This document shows positions 26,117 through 37,731 of a stretch of DNA of 64,000 nt, piece after piece. The DNA lies in contig NW_025767457.1 in NCBI RefSeq assembly GCF_003918875.1, positions 1,364,001 through 1,428,000 on the forward strand, read 5' to 3'. Each line of letters begins with the position of its first letter. Position 1 is the stretch's first letter. The notes beneath the pieces were generated by a model that worked only from the letters and a program-made list of their open reading frames with translations, was not told where the DNA came from and made no database searches. The stretch comes from Haliotis rubra. Taxonomy: Eukaryota. A program made the position numbers and the translations under genes.

Positions 26117-28370
26117 TATACACCGCACTTAGGATTATATTCTCAAATTTGGTGCTTAAAATGTTTCTTTGGCTGGATAGCCATATTGAGTAGGCATTAC
26201 TAAAATACATTACGTCGAAGTAATTAGTGACGCATTGAAGAAATAAAACGGAGAGAATCCGTTTGTTACTGGTGATTGAAACTGAGATCTGAGAGCATGT
26301 GTTCTGGACAAATCCAAATAAGATATCGTGTGAATCACATGTTTAAACGAATTGCATTATATATATATATATATATATAGTGCAATTACAGTACATACTG
26401 TATCTTGTAGCATGTGTCAACGTTCGATGTGTGAACTCGATGGCACATTAGCTGGCCTGCCGTCCATCTGCAATGGACCATCGGCTGTCCTTTCAGCTTT
26501 AACCGAGCAGCAAATCAACTTAGACACTGTTAATCAATTACTGATCGATAGTGTTCGTCAGTGTTTCGTGAGGTTTGTCCATCTACCTTGTCATTTCCTC
26601 ACTCCTACGATACAGAAATCAACTGTTATTGGCTGTTTCATCAGCCAATTCTTAACGTCGTCAACTGTGAGAGTGACCGACCTTTAAACATGACACATTT
26701 CCCCTTCCTGCGAGCCATATGGCCAATGGTGTTGACAATCAATGTGAATTTGTAGAGAACCGGTACTGCCTCAGCCGATCGAGTAGTCGCAGATGATAGT
26801 ATCCGCCAAGGTGTAATGCTGGTTAAGGAAACTTGTCGTGTAGAGGGCTCCAGGCTCAAAACTCTCAGACCTGACGGACGAAATGTCAACATTTGAAGAA
26901 ATTGAATGAAGACCTGCCTCAGGTCACACTTCATCGACTGGAGATGCAACCTAACGCCGTGAGAATGTTGCAGCTAACAAGCATAATTACTGTTCCACTT
27001 CTCAGTAATACTGACGTCAACACAACGAAATCTTATTTTGCCGAAAGAGGAAAGCTTAAACTCTGTCCTTTTCTGGACGATGATTTTTGGGGTGCTCAAA
27101 GGATGACGTGCGGATCCAAGCACTCGGAATTAATATAGCTCGTCGTCTAAAGGACTGGATATATTAAAGCACAATACGTTGCACAGCAATGTATTTCATG
27201 CTCAGCATAATTTAAAAAAGGAACACGATTTCAGAAGTAACAACAATATTGTAGGCACGCCTTGCTTCAGAGTTTTTCGGGAGAGCTCTACGTGCTGTTA
27301 AACTCATCCTCAAGGATTCTCTCTTTTTGCAATTGGGACTCAAGAAGTACGTTCTATTTCGAAAAAATCTAAACCGCCGCGATAAGCTTAGGGAGTTCAG
27401 AGGGTTAATGACTACCGGTAAACACTGACATTGCATTGATCTTAATGACAACACCACCTCAAGACAAATCTTTACAGTCAACAACTTGCTTCAGCTCCTG
27501 TGGAACTTTGTTTCCAATAGCCTAAAGCTTCCTTTCAAAATTCGGATATGGGGAATAGCTTTGGCAAACATAGTTAGAGGACGTCATTCCGCTGGGATGT
27601 TCCGCTGGCCAATACGGCCTTCGATGCCGACATATAAGTGCGGTAGGTTCAAGTGGCGTATTGATCGTATCAATTATCTGACTACACTAGCACACATTCT
27701 TACATCGTCAGGATACGTTGCACAAGTAACATACGTAATATGCGTTATTTGTATGAAGTCTTTACTTGGAAACTTTAATTAATGAATTGTATGTGTACTC
27801 GGATGGGACATTCTAAACACGGTTGACTTAACCAACATCATTCCATAATTAATGCACCAAAGCTTCGCACTCGAAGGTACATTTGCTGGGATTTTCTGCC
27901 ATATTGTATATACGCATATGTCATGAGATATTGCCGATGTGACGTTAAATATACTCATATGTCATGAGACATTGAATCGAAATAAGCACTGTTAACTTCT
28001 AGGTAAGCACCTGTGCTGGCGATTCAATGGATCAGATGGCCAGGTTCAGCGAGGACGAGCATCACCAACCTCCATTAGCTGGGGAACTAGGCTGGAGTAA
28101 ACAAGAAACTTTCTAAATACAAATTGTTCCGATTAATAAATCAATATTCCAGCTATATTGCCTCTGTCTCTAAAACATACAGCCTCGACCAGATGATCCA
28201 GTGATTGACATAATGTGCGCGAGTGTTATATGATGACATACATCCCGTTAGTAGCCTCTTAAAGCAGCTTGGTTTGCTGAAAACCATTCCTAAACCAGAG
28301 CGTCACTTGAAGGACACACTTCAGGCCACAGACAGAAACATTCAAGGTACAAAAGGTAGATCTGTAAATC

Positions 28371-28832
28371 GTGGTGTCTCTACCAGACAATCTATTGGAA
28401 CAACACTTACATGATCTTTACGGGGGGCGATTATATTTCCAAAGACATGGTGTAAAAATAACAAATGTTGTCAAAGAGGTGCCTGAAGTAAGATTAAAGA
28501 AAATGACTGTTTACCTGAATCAAGCACGATCAGATCAAAATATATTCACTGCACTCTTTGACAACTGCAAACAGAATTCCCCATGTTTTCAAACACAAAA
28601 ACGAACCTCGTCATCATCAACATCTATATGTTCCACTGGTTACATCACCGAGAAACCGTACACAGGCATCGGCTGTATTGTAACGCACCCTGCTGTGCCT
28701 CACACCGAAATGGCTTTGAAGCGTCTGGCTCGGAATGAAGGGGGTTTAGCTTGCTTATTCCTTTCAATTATCGCAAGCGGAAGCTTTACCTGTTGGACTG
28801 AAATATACAGAGAAGGTATCATGGCTTCATAG
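28371..28832 (+). pseudogene. EVE unit U3, ORF-A remnant (longest open piece, 153 codons)
   Basis: Homologous to 3330-3850 and 18230-18390. No family recognised. Confidence 0.5.
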
Positions 28833-29629
28833 GTTATGCATGGTTAGTCAAGGGAGCAAAGACAAGGACAAAATGAGTACCCGCTGCAATGTTCATGGTG
28901 CATGCAACAAAACGGGTTCTATATTCTAAAATACGCGATGAAGTAAACTCTTTACTGTAATTGAGCTAGTTAATGTAATAATGCTGAATGATGTAGTTTA
29001 GAATGGAATGCCTTTCTTTTTAACTGATACATTGCAAACTATAAATATTTGGTGAGATATATGTAATACTATTGTTTCAATCGTTGTAGATGCGTGCTCA
29101 GTTTGTCATATTTTTAGGAAGAGTTTTCCAAACACACATTCAGTTATGTGTTACGAAGACGACTTAAATCATTCGAGACGTTCTTACTTTCACTTTTACA
29201 TCGTACATTCACTTTCAAGATGATTAATCTAGACACTGGAATATAAGATCGTTGGACTTTCCACAGAGTTTACTGTACACGATGGGATGGGTACACTTTG
29301 GTACTTTACACCATTACTGAAAACGAAGGAAAACCATCAAGAAGAATGTATATGAGCTTTGCTTCCCAAGTTCTGTTGTTAACTTAACTCCCCATATTAC
29401 TCCTTGACGGAAATTCATGTTCATGTATTCATATATTCAAATATTCTATACTCTCTTTTAAACATTAATGTCATTGCTCATGGTCAGTCGCATGAATATT
29501 TGAGTATGTCCTTTTAGTTAAAGCGATATATTTGAGTATGTCCTTTTAGTTAAAGCGATATATCCTTCAACGTAATTTTGAAGCGTCTCATAAAACGTTG
29601 GCTGAGGATGTGTGAAAGTCGCCACAGTG

Positions 29630-30600
29630 CTTAATGGCGATAATGACGTCACTCAGAGGTCATAAACAGGGTCATAAAGAAGTTTTAAAGGTCTTTCCAT
29701 TACACGAATCCACGAGCGCGGGGATATCGACCAACTCAATTTTGTTTTAAACATTTTACACAGGACAATTTTCAACTGCACATGAGCTTCATTGCCATGT
29801 GGAAAAGTAATTGACACTGGTATTACCAAATCCCAATCACCCACGAGTGGCCTCAGCGCTCCTAATATGCTCGGCTGTTTTCCCTGATGAAAATAGAACA
29901 GTACTTGACATAGGGCTTCACTGACTGACAAGATTTCCTCCAAGTTTGGTTGTTTTTGGTCTCTTGATATGCCCTTAGTTCTAATACAGGTCCAATGTCA
30001 GTGAAAACAATTTGAATGATATATGATTGCAATGACGTTCCTCAGGACCCTTCGGATGTCGTTCGGTTTCGATCTCCAGCTCATCTGATTCCTTCCCGCC
30101 ATAGACATGCAGAACCACAGCCAGGTAAAGTACGATCTATGAGACATGGCTCACATAAAATAGGAAGTTTTAAAAAGGAAATAATCAAACTGTGTTACTT
30201 TTACAGATAATTTGAATCGTGGAATCTGTGCATCACAGACCTAATTTGAAGAAATATTTTTAAATTATTCTGGAATGCATTATTTTGTTCACATTCAGTG
30301 GAAATATTCCAATCTCTGCATGTACATTATATGGCTAACATAAATCTACGTATCGCCAAATAAATGTTGTATTGGTTCACATAAATCTAATGGAAAGGAG
30401 GTGAATATTCTCATGTGACAAATGTCGTAAAGTTAATTAAATCCGATCTACAGTAGACATGAACATCAACATTATGGTGAAATTATTGCAGTGTTTACAT
30501 GATATAAACCGGCTCAACACCTAAAACCAATTAGCAGTAATTGGGGGTTACTGGAGGGGATGGCTTATGTCTAAAGTTAGCGGAACTACAACAGTAGATG
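29630..30600 (+). pseudogene. EVE unit U3, nucleoprotein-like remnant
   Basis: LNRGICASQT.FEEIFLNYSGMH (30212-30280), then VKLIKSDL..HEHQHYGEIIAVF...PISSN. Resembles the L.YSGM ... PY.KL ... NP...Y pattern of chuviral and bornaviral-type N proteins. Confidence 0.55.
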
Positions 30601-30709
30601 CAGAAACATCTGAGTATCCCATGGCCAGAAGGAAAATCGACAAGTATTTATTGCTACGATATTGGAAATCTAATTTTACCAATATTGCCTCTTTAGCCAT
30701 GGTCCCTGC

Positions 30710-31070
30710 ACTGTAAAACCTCTTTTGGAGGGCAATAACGATATCGATGTCATAAATCGCTGATCCAATTGACAGATACGACTATGAAGAGGGCACCTAT
30801 CAAAATCCAATATCTATGAGGATTGAATGTCAAGGTTTTCATTTATATGGAAATCGGGTCCTGCTTACACTGGAGTGCTGAGTGCTTGACGTCTATGACA
30901 GTCGGTCACTCAAATCCCCATCAATGAACCGCATTTACAACACCAACGTCGCGCCAGAAACGAGGATGAATAAGGTCCTAGTGAATAACATGGAAGTAAC
31001 CTTGATTGGAATTTGATTTGTTCAAGAGAGACGAGCTAATGATTATGGCAAACTGATAACTAATAGAAAA
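30710..31070 (+). pseudogene. EVE unit U3, ORF-C remnant
   Basis: RAITISMS.IADPIDRYDYEEGTYQNPISMRIECQGFHLYGNRVLLTLEC.VLDV is frame-conserved with U1 and U2. Confidence 0.55.
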
Positions 31071-31089
31071 AATGGAAATCGTCTAATTA

Positions 31090-31800
31090 GACAGTAAAAC
31101 CATCTGTTACCATTATGACAATGTTGGCTTGGATAGGTTGTGAACCAACAATGTCTTGTAGAGAGGGGTGGTAAAAAGAGCTCTCCCACTCTGACCCAGA
31201 AGCATTCGTCTCCACAAGCACTCACTGGTATTATCATTGATCTTTGGAGAGTCCGTACACTGTTGTCGTTCTGATAGTTATATAATGAAACAGACTTGGT
31301 AATAGTACTTTGGCTTCATATAGAATGAAGACTCCATGCCGAGATGTCTGTGATTCCAGTTGGTAAATATGTTCTATGTATTATCTAAATATGCTTACAT
31401 CCTTGAGACAAAGTCAGCATTACAGCGCAGGTGAAATTGAGTTTTCGCGGATATATTTGATTGTTGTCATGAAATTGTACCGAACACTAACGAACACAAA
31501 TTGCCCCTATGAGTTGGTGCATTATATGGATCTGATGCTGAGCACAAGTGTTGATCAAGGTCATATCACCACTGATGCCTAATTAACATCTTTGGGAGAT
31601 ACTAGTGCGTCTGTATAAGCAACTTTCCATGGATAGAATGGCGCGACGCACCAGCAATAGGCAAACACAACCTACTCCACTGTTCCAGCTCTCGGAGAAC
31701 ACACTTTGATCTATGGGCACAATAATTAAATATCAGTTTGTGTTTTCTTAAATAAAAGTAATCCCATTTACTTTATGATTCATTGACAAACATCGATTTA
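31090..31800 (+). pseudogene. EVE unit U3, glycoprotein-like remnant
   Basis: VNQQCLVE, SDPEAFVSTSTHWYYH, HCCRSDSYIMKQTW..YFG and LINIFGRY.C are homologous to 6400-7030. Confidence 0.42.
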
Positions 31801-32264
31801 GATGAAGATAAGCCAAGTTTATGGATAGTCAACTGCTTCCAAAAGAAGTTGACTATCCATAGACTTGCTTTTCCCTCGTTAATATAGTTATATTCATAAT
31901 ATAACAACATTAAATATATTACTTTCGAAATCTTTGAGGTTATGCAAATAGCTGAAAGTATCGTACAGTTAATGTCATATTATTATATCATCTGTCTCCG
32001 TGTCCGTATTTGTTTATGAGAAACCCACACACCATACCATTTGGTTACGAATCCCGATGGTGACATATTTTCTTGTGGTGAAAAGAAATGGGCTTCGCAC
32101 ATTGTACCCATGTGGGGAATCGAACCCGGGTCTTCGGCGTGACGAGCGAACTCTATAACCACTAGGCTACCCCACTGCCCCGTAACTTGGGACAGAGTGA
32201 TGGGAGGAATTCCATTCATTTCTTCCTTTATCGTGTGGTTATCCTTTGCTGGGAGATGCCCAGC

Positions 32265-32370
32265 GCATCGGTTACCATATCGTATGTCAGTGTCTGAGAC
32301 ATAAAAGGCTCTCTTCGCGAGACATGACCTTTACAAATGACGAAGAGCCCTGAGCACACAGGGAGGGCGA
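32265..32370 (+). pseudogene. EVE unit U3, short L N-terminal fragment
   Basis: gagacataaaaggctctcttcgcgagacatgacctttacaaatgacgaagagcc is homologous to 47338-47392 (DI.GSL..T..L.MT). Confidence 0.55.
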
Positions 32371-33009
32371 TAAAGGAAATTCTTAGGTTGATATTTAAAT
32401 ATGTTCACCGTTCAACAATTTATCGATAATATCTGCGATTTAAGGGGAAAAAGGTCTAATATGGGACTGGTATTAGGCTGTGGCATTATGAACATTATTT
32501 AGGAATTTATTCTTTAAAATTAGATAAACGAACATACCGTCGGCCAAAGTGTGACAAATAAATGAAACAAGAATTTGTATCATAACATTGTTAGAGCAAA
32601 GAACAGGACAGCCTCAACAGAGCCAAACAATGCATGGGAAGACCTCAGCTGGACAGATAGCACGCATATGGTTAGCAGTGTACATAGTGAAAAGGATCAA
32701 TTACTCTGCATAATTTGGCATGTCTGAGAATAGAAAAACTAGGTCACGTCATCGAATTTATTCAGTAACATTATGGTAGTAGAGATAAGAACTTCACGAT
32801 TGATGTCATTAACATTATTAGTGAAATCAAATCAGTCACTGGTACTAACTGTAGTTACTGTGTGGAGATGGGAACCATGTGTGAAGCCCATTTCTGGTGT
32901 CCCCGCCGTGACCCACAGATGGGATTTGTGACATTGCATGAAGATATATGTCCTCTGATTACTCACAACTCTTCGATGGGACGAGCTACGAGTTGTGTAC
33001 AAGATGAAG

Positions 33010-34210
33010 TGAGGTAAAATGGTGTTTAATGTCGCACTTAAGAATATTGCGCTCATATGACGGCGTGCATGCGTGTGTATGCCTAACCGGTTTGATAGTG
33101 CTAGCTCACTGAGATACCATGCCGCAGTTAAGCATGAATACTCCACTCAGAAACAGTATACCTACACTAGACGCCAAAAGAAACGTTACCCTCCTACCCT
33201 TATGAATGACTGAAAAACTATCAAAGATTTGTTAGAAGGTTTTAGTTTACAAGACAGCTTTATGCAAATCACGTAAAAAAAATTTCTCAAATGCATTCAT
33301 ATTAAGGTGAAATGCATCGTTTTCAGGAGAATTAACTTGTCCTATATTCGTCCATGCAGAAATTAACCAATAATAGTGATTTTGATGTCCAAAAGAAACG
33401 TTGAAATAAAATTTTGCTTTGGGACAATGATAAACTATTTAAAGTCACCATTTTTAAACTACTATAACAAGAAACAACTGTTGTAGAGTGTGTAAAATTG
33501 TAAAATAATCATTGCTATGATTTCAGTCTTTTAAAACATTTTCTGCTGATTTGCATTAGTGAAAACAAGTAAAACGTGTCGTCGATATTGTGAAAAAATG
33601 TTTAGGAACATCTAAAACTATCTTTGTTAATATTTTTGCTTGCAAAGTAACACTTTTCTATTTTCTGTTTACACATAGCAATATCAATCGCCAAAACGCA
33701 GCAACATTCAAGCAGTATTTCCATCCATTTCACATGTGGAATGATTCTATAGGGTATAAAGAGAGCCTAGAATACATGATCTGATACACAAGTACGAGAA
33801 ATATACCATGATTAACAGCTGAAGGGAGAGAAAGAACCATAGGGTTGGTGCAGATGGGGGTCGACATACAATGCTGTTGCCAACGCCCACGGATGCCACC
33901 GTATCACGGTTATAATACTTGTTTAGGGCTTCAGACAGACTGGGGTCACCGTAGACAGACCAAGAAGTGGACGTCCACTCATCACAACGCCAGCTGAAGA
34001 TAGGTACCTCCGTCATTAAGGAAGGAGGGTAACGTTTCTTTTGGCGTTTAGTGTACTCCGAGCCGGCCAGTCTTTGTTCTACCGATTAATGCAGAGCGTC
34101 AATAAGTACCACATTTTAACGTCTTTTGGAATGAATGCTGCCTAGGATCGAACCCGCGACCTTCCGCTCTCCGGTCGGACGCTCTAAACACTACACCATG
34201 GAGGCGGTCA
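33010..34210 (-). mobile_element. Family 3 SINE split by a Tc1 insertion
   Basis: SINE 3' half at 33010-33162 and tRNA head half at 34056-34209 flank the Tc1 element. Confidence 0.85.
33165..34053 (+). mobile_element. Non-autonomous Tc1/mariner element
   Basis: 31-bp TIRs (cactagacgccaaaagaaacgttaccctcct, one mismatch) and a TA TSD. Internal transposase N-terminus LTAEGRERTIGLVQMG...QTGVTVDRPRSGRPLITTPAEDRYLR at ~33810-34018; DDE domain deleted. Confidence 0.92.
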
Positions 34211-34224
34211 TGTGTACAAGATGA

Positions 34225-34470
34225 AGTGAGTGAGTTAGATTTTTAGTGATATCGGTAGTATTTAAGTCATATAGTGACTAATGCATGTCTTACTTTCATG
34301 ATACATAAAGAGTTGATTATTGCAACCTGTCTACAAAGGACGGTAAAACTGCAATATCACAGATATAGACATAATGTAAATCTAAAACTGTTTTACTGTT
34401 GAAGACAATATAAAACGGGCTACGGATCGCCAGCAACTCCAAGTAGATCACCATTCTACTGACTAGAAAA
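34225..34470 (-). mobile_element. Old LINE 3' UTR fragment
   Basis: Degenerate match to the LINE 3' UTR with a GAGT tail. Confidence 0.75.
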
Positions 34471-34949
34471 ATACAAGCGATACACCAATGAATAGTTATC
34501 ACTTGGTTAAATAAATTCAGCTTGTTACATTTTTCATGTAGTGCGCTTCAATGATAAGCTCATTTTAGTGTAGTTGTGTGCTGCAAAACGTATAAAAAAA
34601 CGACGCCTTTTGTTTGACCAGTGTAATAGTCAATAACCAGATTTCTAAATCATTGAAGGTTCAGTAACACGGCCAGCGTATGTGTTCAATAGTTCGAAAC
34701 ATGATCCAAAGCTAGATCTCGTATTCCATCATGACCAACATGTTGTTTCTTGTATTGCTTATGAAGAATCATAACTTGGACAAACAATTGGACTTTCATG
34801 CTTAGCGTGTATTTACGATAAAAATTCTTCCCTGTAATGCTGTGCATATTATAGTCATTTTGTCAATGAAAATAGTTTACTTGCTGACGTGCACGAAAAA
34901 CACACCTGCATTATTGCATACAGGTGTCAATCTAGCAAGCCCGTGGTGT

Positions 34950-35596
34950 CAATAGCCAACTGAAATAAAATGATCAATATTTGCTATTTTCACTCCCTTG
35001 ATTTGTGGGCTATTGCAGAGAATTATTGATGAAGAGAACCATTTGGCAAAGTTCACCAAATAACTAGAGTGGAAATTTGTGGCCCGGAGAACCATACACA
35101 TTGGTAATGATCTGCATTACCTGCAAACAATTCTTTAGAGCCATCATAAACACAGATGGTGGTCCAGTAAATTATTTTGTAATATTCTTCAAGAACGTAA
35201 GTGGAAAATCTGTACCATTACGAGATCTGATTAAGTAAGAGAATGGACTCAAAACCATCATGAAGCAAGGGCGCTTTATAGATTGACATCTTAGATCATG
35301 CAGTATTACTATAACATGATATATCACAGCTACTCTTGCATGCAGCCATGCGTCTTTGTCTTAGTGACATAAAGTACAGGAAGGGACTCCAGCAGAATAT
35401 GCATCTTGTGCATTCATTTAAGCTGAGGGACACACCGACAATTTCATGTATGGGCAACCAAAGTTTGCTTACTGCAGACATTCCTCAAGCGGTTTCGAAG
35501 CCAAAGAAGTATAACATTAATATAACCCACAAGAACGGAAAAGTACTTTACATTCCACATACTGTGTCCAAAGCATTTTCCCAGGAAAATCCTTAA
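34950..35596 (+). mobile_element. Degraded Gypsy-type pol (RT/RNase H) remnant
   Basis: KYNINITHKNGKVLYIPHTVSKAF resembles the LTR RNase H end Y...I.Y.PGK....AD.LSR. Confidence 0.45.
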
Positions 35597-35639
35597 TCAT
35601 CACGAGGATGGATGTAACCCGGAGTGCATAGATTCATGG

Positions 35640-36648
35640 ATGGTGTTGTCATTAAGATCAATGCAATACCAGTGTTTACCGGTAGTCATTAACTCTCTGA
35701 ACTCTTTAAGCTTATCATGGTGGTTTAGATTTGTTCGAAATAAGACGTACTTCTTGAGTGCCATTGCAAAAAAGAGAGACTCCTTGATGATGATTTTATC
35801 AGCACGTAGAGCTCTCACGAAAGACTCTGAAGCAAGGCATGCCAACAATATTGTTGTTACTTATCGTGTTCCTTCTTTAAAATTATACTGAGCATGAAAT
35901 ACATTGCTGCGCAATGTATTGCGCTTTAATATATCCAGTCCTCATGACAGCTAACTATATTAATTCCGAGTGCGTGGATCCGTATATATCATCTTTTAAG
36001 CTCTCACAAAATCATCGTCTAGGAAAGGACAGAGTTTAAGTTTTCCCCTTTCGCACAATAAGATATATTTGTGTTGACGCCAATATTACTGAGAAGTGGA
36101 ACAGTCATTATGCTTGTTAGCTGCAACATTCTCAAGACGTCAAATTGCATCTTCAATCGATGAACTACAACCCGAGGTGGGTCTTGATTCATTTTCTTCA
36201 AATGTTGACATTTCGTCCGTTAGGTCTGAGACGTTTGTGCCAAAAGACTATATATACACGCCATGTTTCCTTAACTTTGGTGGATGCTATCATCTGCCAC
36301 TACTCGATCGGCTGAGGCAGTACCGGTTCTCTACAAATTCACATTGATTTGCCAAAACTATTGGCCATATGGGTCGCAGGAAAGGAAATTTGCCATATTT
36401 AATGAACGGCCTCTCTCACAGTTGACGACGGTAAGATTTTGCTATTGAAACAGCCAATAACAGTTGATTTCTGTATCATAGGAGTGAGGAAATGACAAGG
36501 TAGAAGGACAAACCTCACGAAACACTGACGAACGTCGGTCATTAATTTACCAACAGTGTCTTACCAACTTGATTTGCTGCTCCATTCAGGCTGAAAGGAC
36601 AGTTAATCGTCCACTTTGATGGACGGTAGGCCAGTTAATATACCATCG
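35640..36648 (-). pseudogene. Inverted duplicate of the L MTase/CTD region of unit U2 (26435-27457)
   Basis: The reverse complement aligns at roughly 85-90% by eye. ORFs 35600-35848 (LASESFVRALRADKIIIKESLFF..LKKYVLFR) and 36019-36201 match the U2 translation. Confidence 0.9.
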
Positions 36649-37673
36649 TGCTGCCACCCGATCGGATGCTGGCATTCGCAACAAGATATCGACCAAATAG
36701 ATCAATGGCGGCGCGCCACTCACCAATATTCCAGGTATATGGCGGCGGTCTGTAATAATCGTTTCTAGACCAGACAATCAACTGATAAACCGCCTGAGCA
36801 TCTATCTAAGCGGTGTGTCAACGAGTAAGCGAACCTGACGAACCAATCCCGTCTGTCGCCCCATACCACCCTGATCTTCACGCGCAGGGGTAAAACAAAA
36901 GGAAAAAAGCCATACAAGCAATTTATAAGATTGTGCCTTATTACTGCTGTTGTGGAGATTATAGTGCTGAGGGAAAAAAATAAGGGATCACATGAAAGCA
37001 CAAGTATTCCTCTTTTTTTAAGGTTCCTTCACAAGCTTTGTATGGCACAGTTTATGGAAGCGATTACAGACGAAATCTTAGATACATATTACACGTGAAC
37101 AAAGATCCTCCACAAAGCACGGTCTACCCTCACTCACTCTTGCTGTGGGTGAAAACTTAAGACAGACGTTGTTTCTCCAGGTCGAGGTCAAGGCAATGAT
37201 GGAAACCCAGGGGGTGCATGTTACCTATGTCTAGTGTTCTTGTCAACTGGCGTAGCTGGTTGTGGTCAGCATGTCATGCAGGTACTGAAGACGTCCATGT
37301 GTATCGATTGTGATCCAGGCCTGATGTATAAAACAAACAATACGAGTGTTTTACAAAAGTGAGTGAGTGAGTTAAACTTTAATCGTCACATCAGCAATAC
37401 TTCAGCCATATCGTGACGAGAGTACCTTATAAAGCTATAAAAAAATGTATGATATATATATATATATAGCATATAAATATCGTGCAGATATAAAGGAGAT
37501 TTGACAAGAAGAAATATCTGGACTTATTGCTTATACACCTGCAGAAATCACTTGTTGCGAGCATATAAAATAGTAAACTGTTAATTGACAACACACAAAA
37601 GTGAGCCATAAACCGCCAGCAACTGAAGGTATATCACCATACAGGGGACCATGGGGACTTTCAGTGCCTTTGT

Positions 37674-37731
37674 GGCACCCGTGAAGAGCCACCTCCTCGT
37701 GGTGGGTGCTGGGTAACGCTAAGCGCTCTTC
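37674..37731 (+). ncRNA. HDV-like self-cleaving ribozyme at the LINE 5' end
   Basis: P1 GGCACCC/GGGUGCU (G1.U wobble), P2 GAAGAGC/GCUCUUC, P3 ACC/GGU, L3 UCCUCGU, P1.1 CC/GG and J4/2 GCUAA with the catalytic C. Confidence 0.85.

Larger units (their letters stand above)
21200..27830 (+). pseudogene. EVE unit U2, decayed L protein (post-RdRp region, PRNTase, connector, MTase, CTD)
   Basis: SLGGIS (22167), DALTIPPRRQVEN, IERPHTLLEMLKR (22772), VNYIKETVWSY, KHPLVIKSNIPYR (23079), SYLIASHGI, RTGTAS (26756), TCRVEGSR (26831), SNTDV, GSKHSELI (27112) and RLASEFFGRALRAVKLILKDSLF... Confidence 0.82.

Noticed and set aside
29497-29562. Perfect ~32-bp direct repeat as a viral transcription signal
   Set aside because: It is a local tandem duplication found in only one unit.
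32560-32880. Possible Gypsy integrase remnant
   Set aside because: Only a vague W..L..D pattern; the catalytic residues cannot be read.
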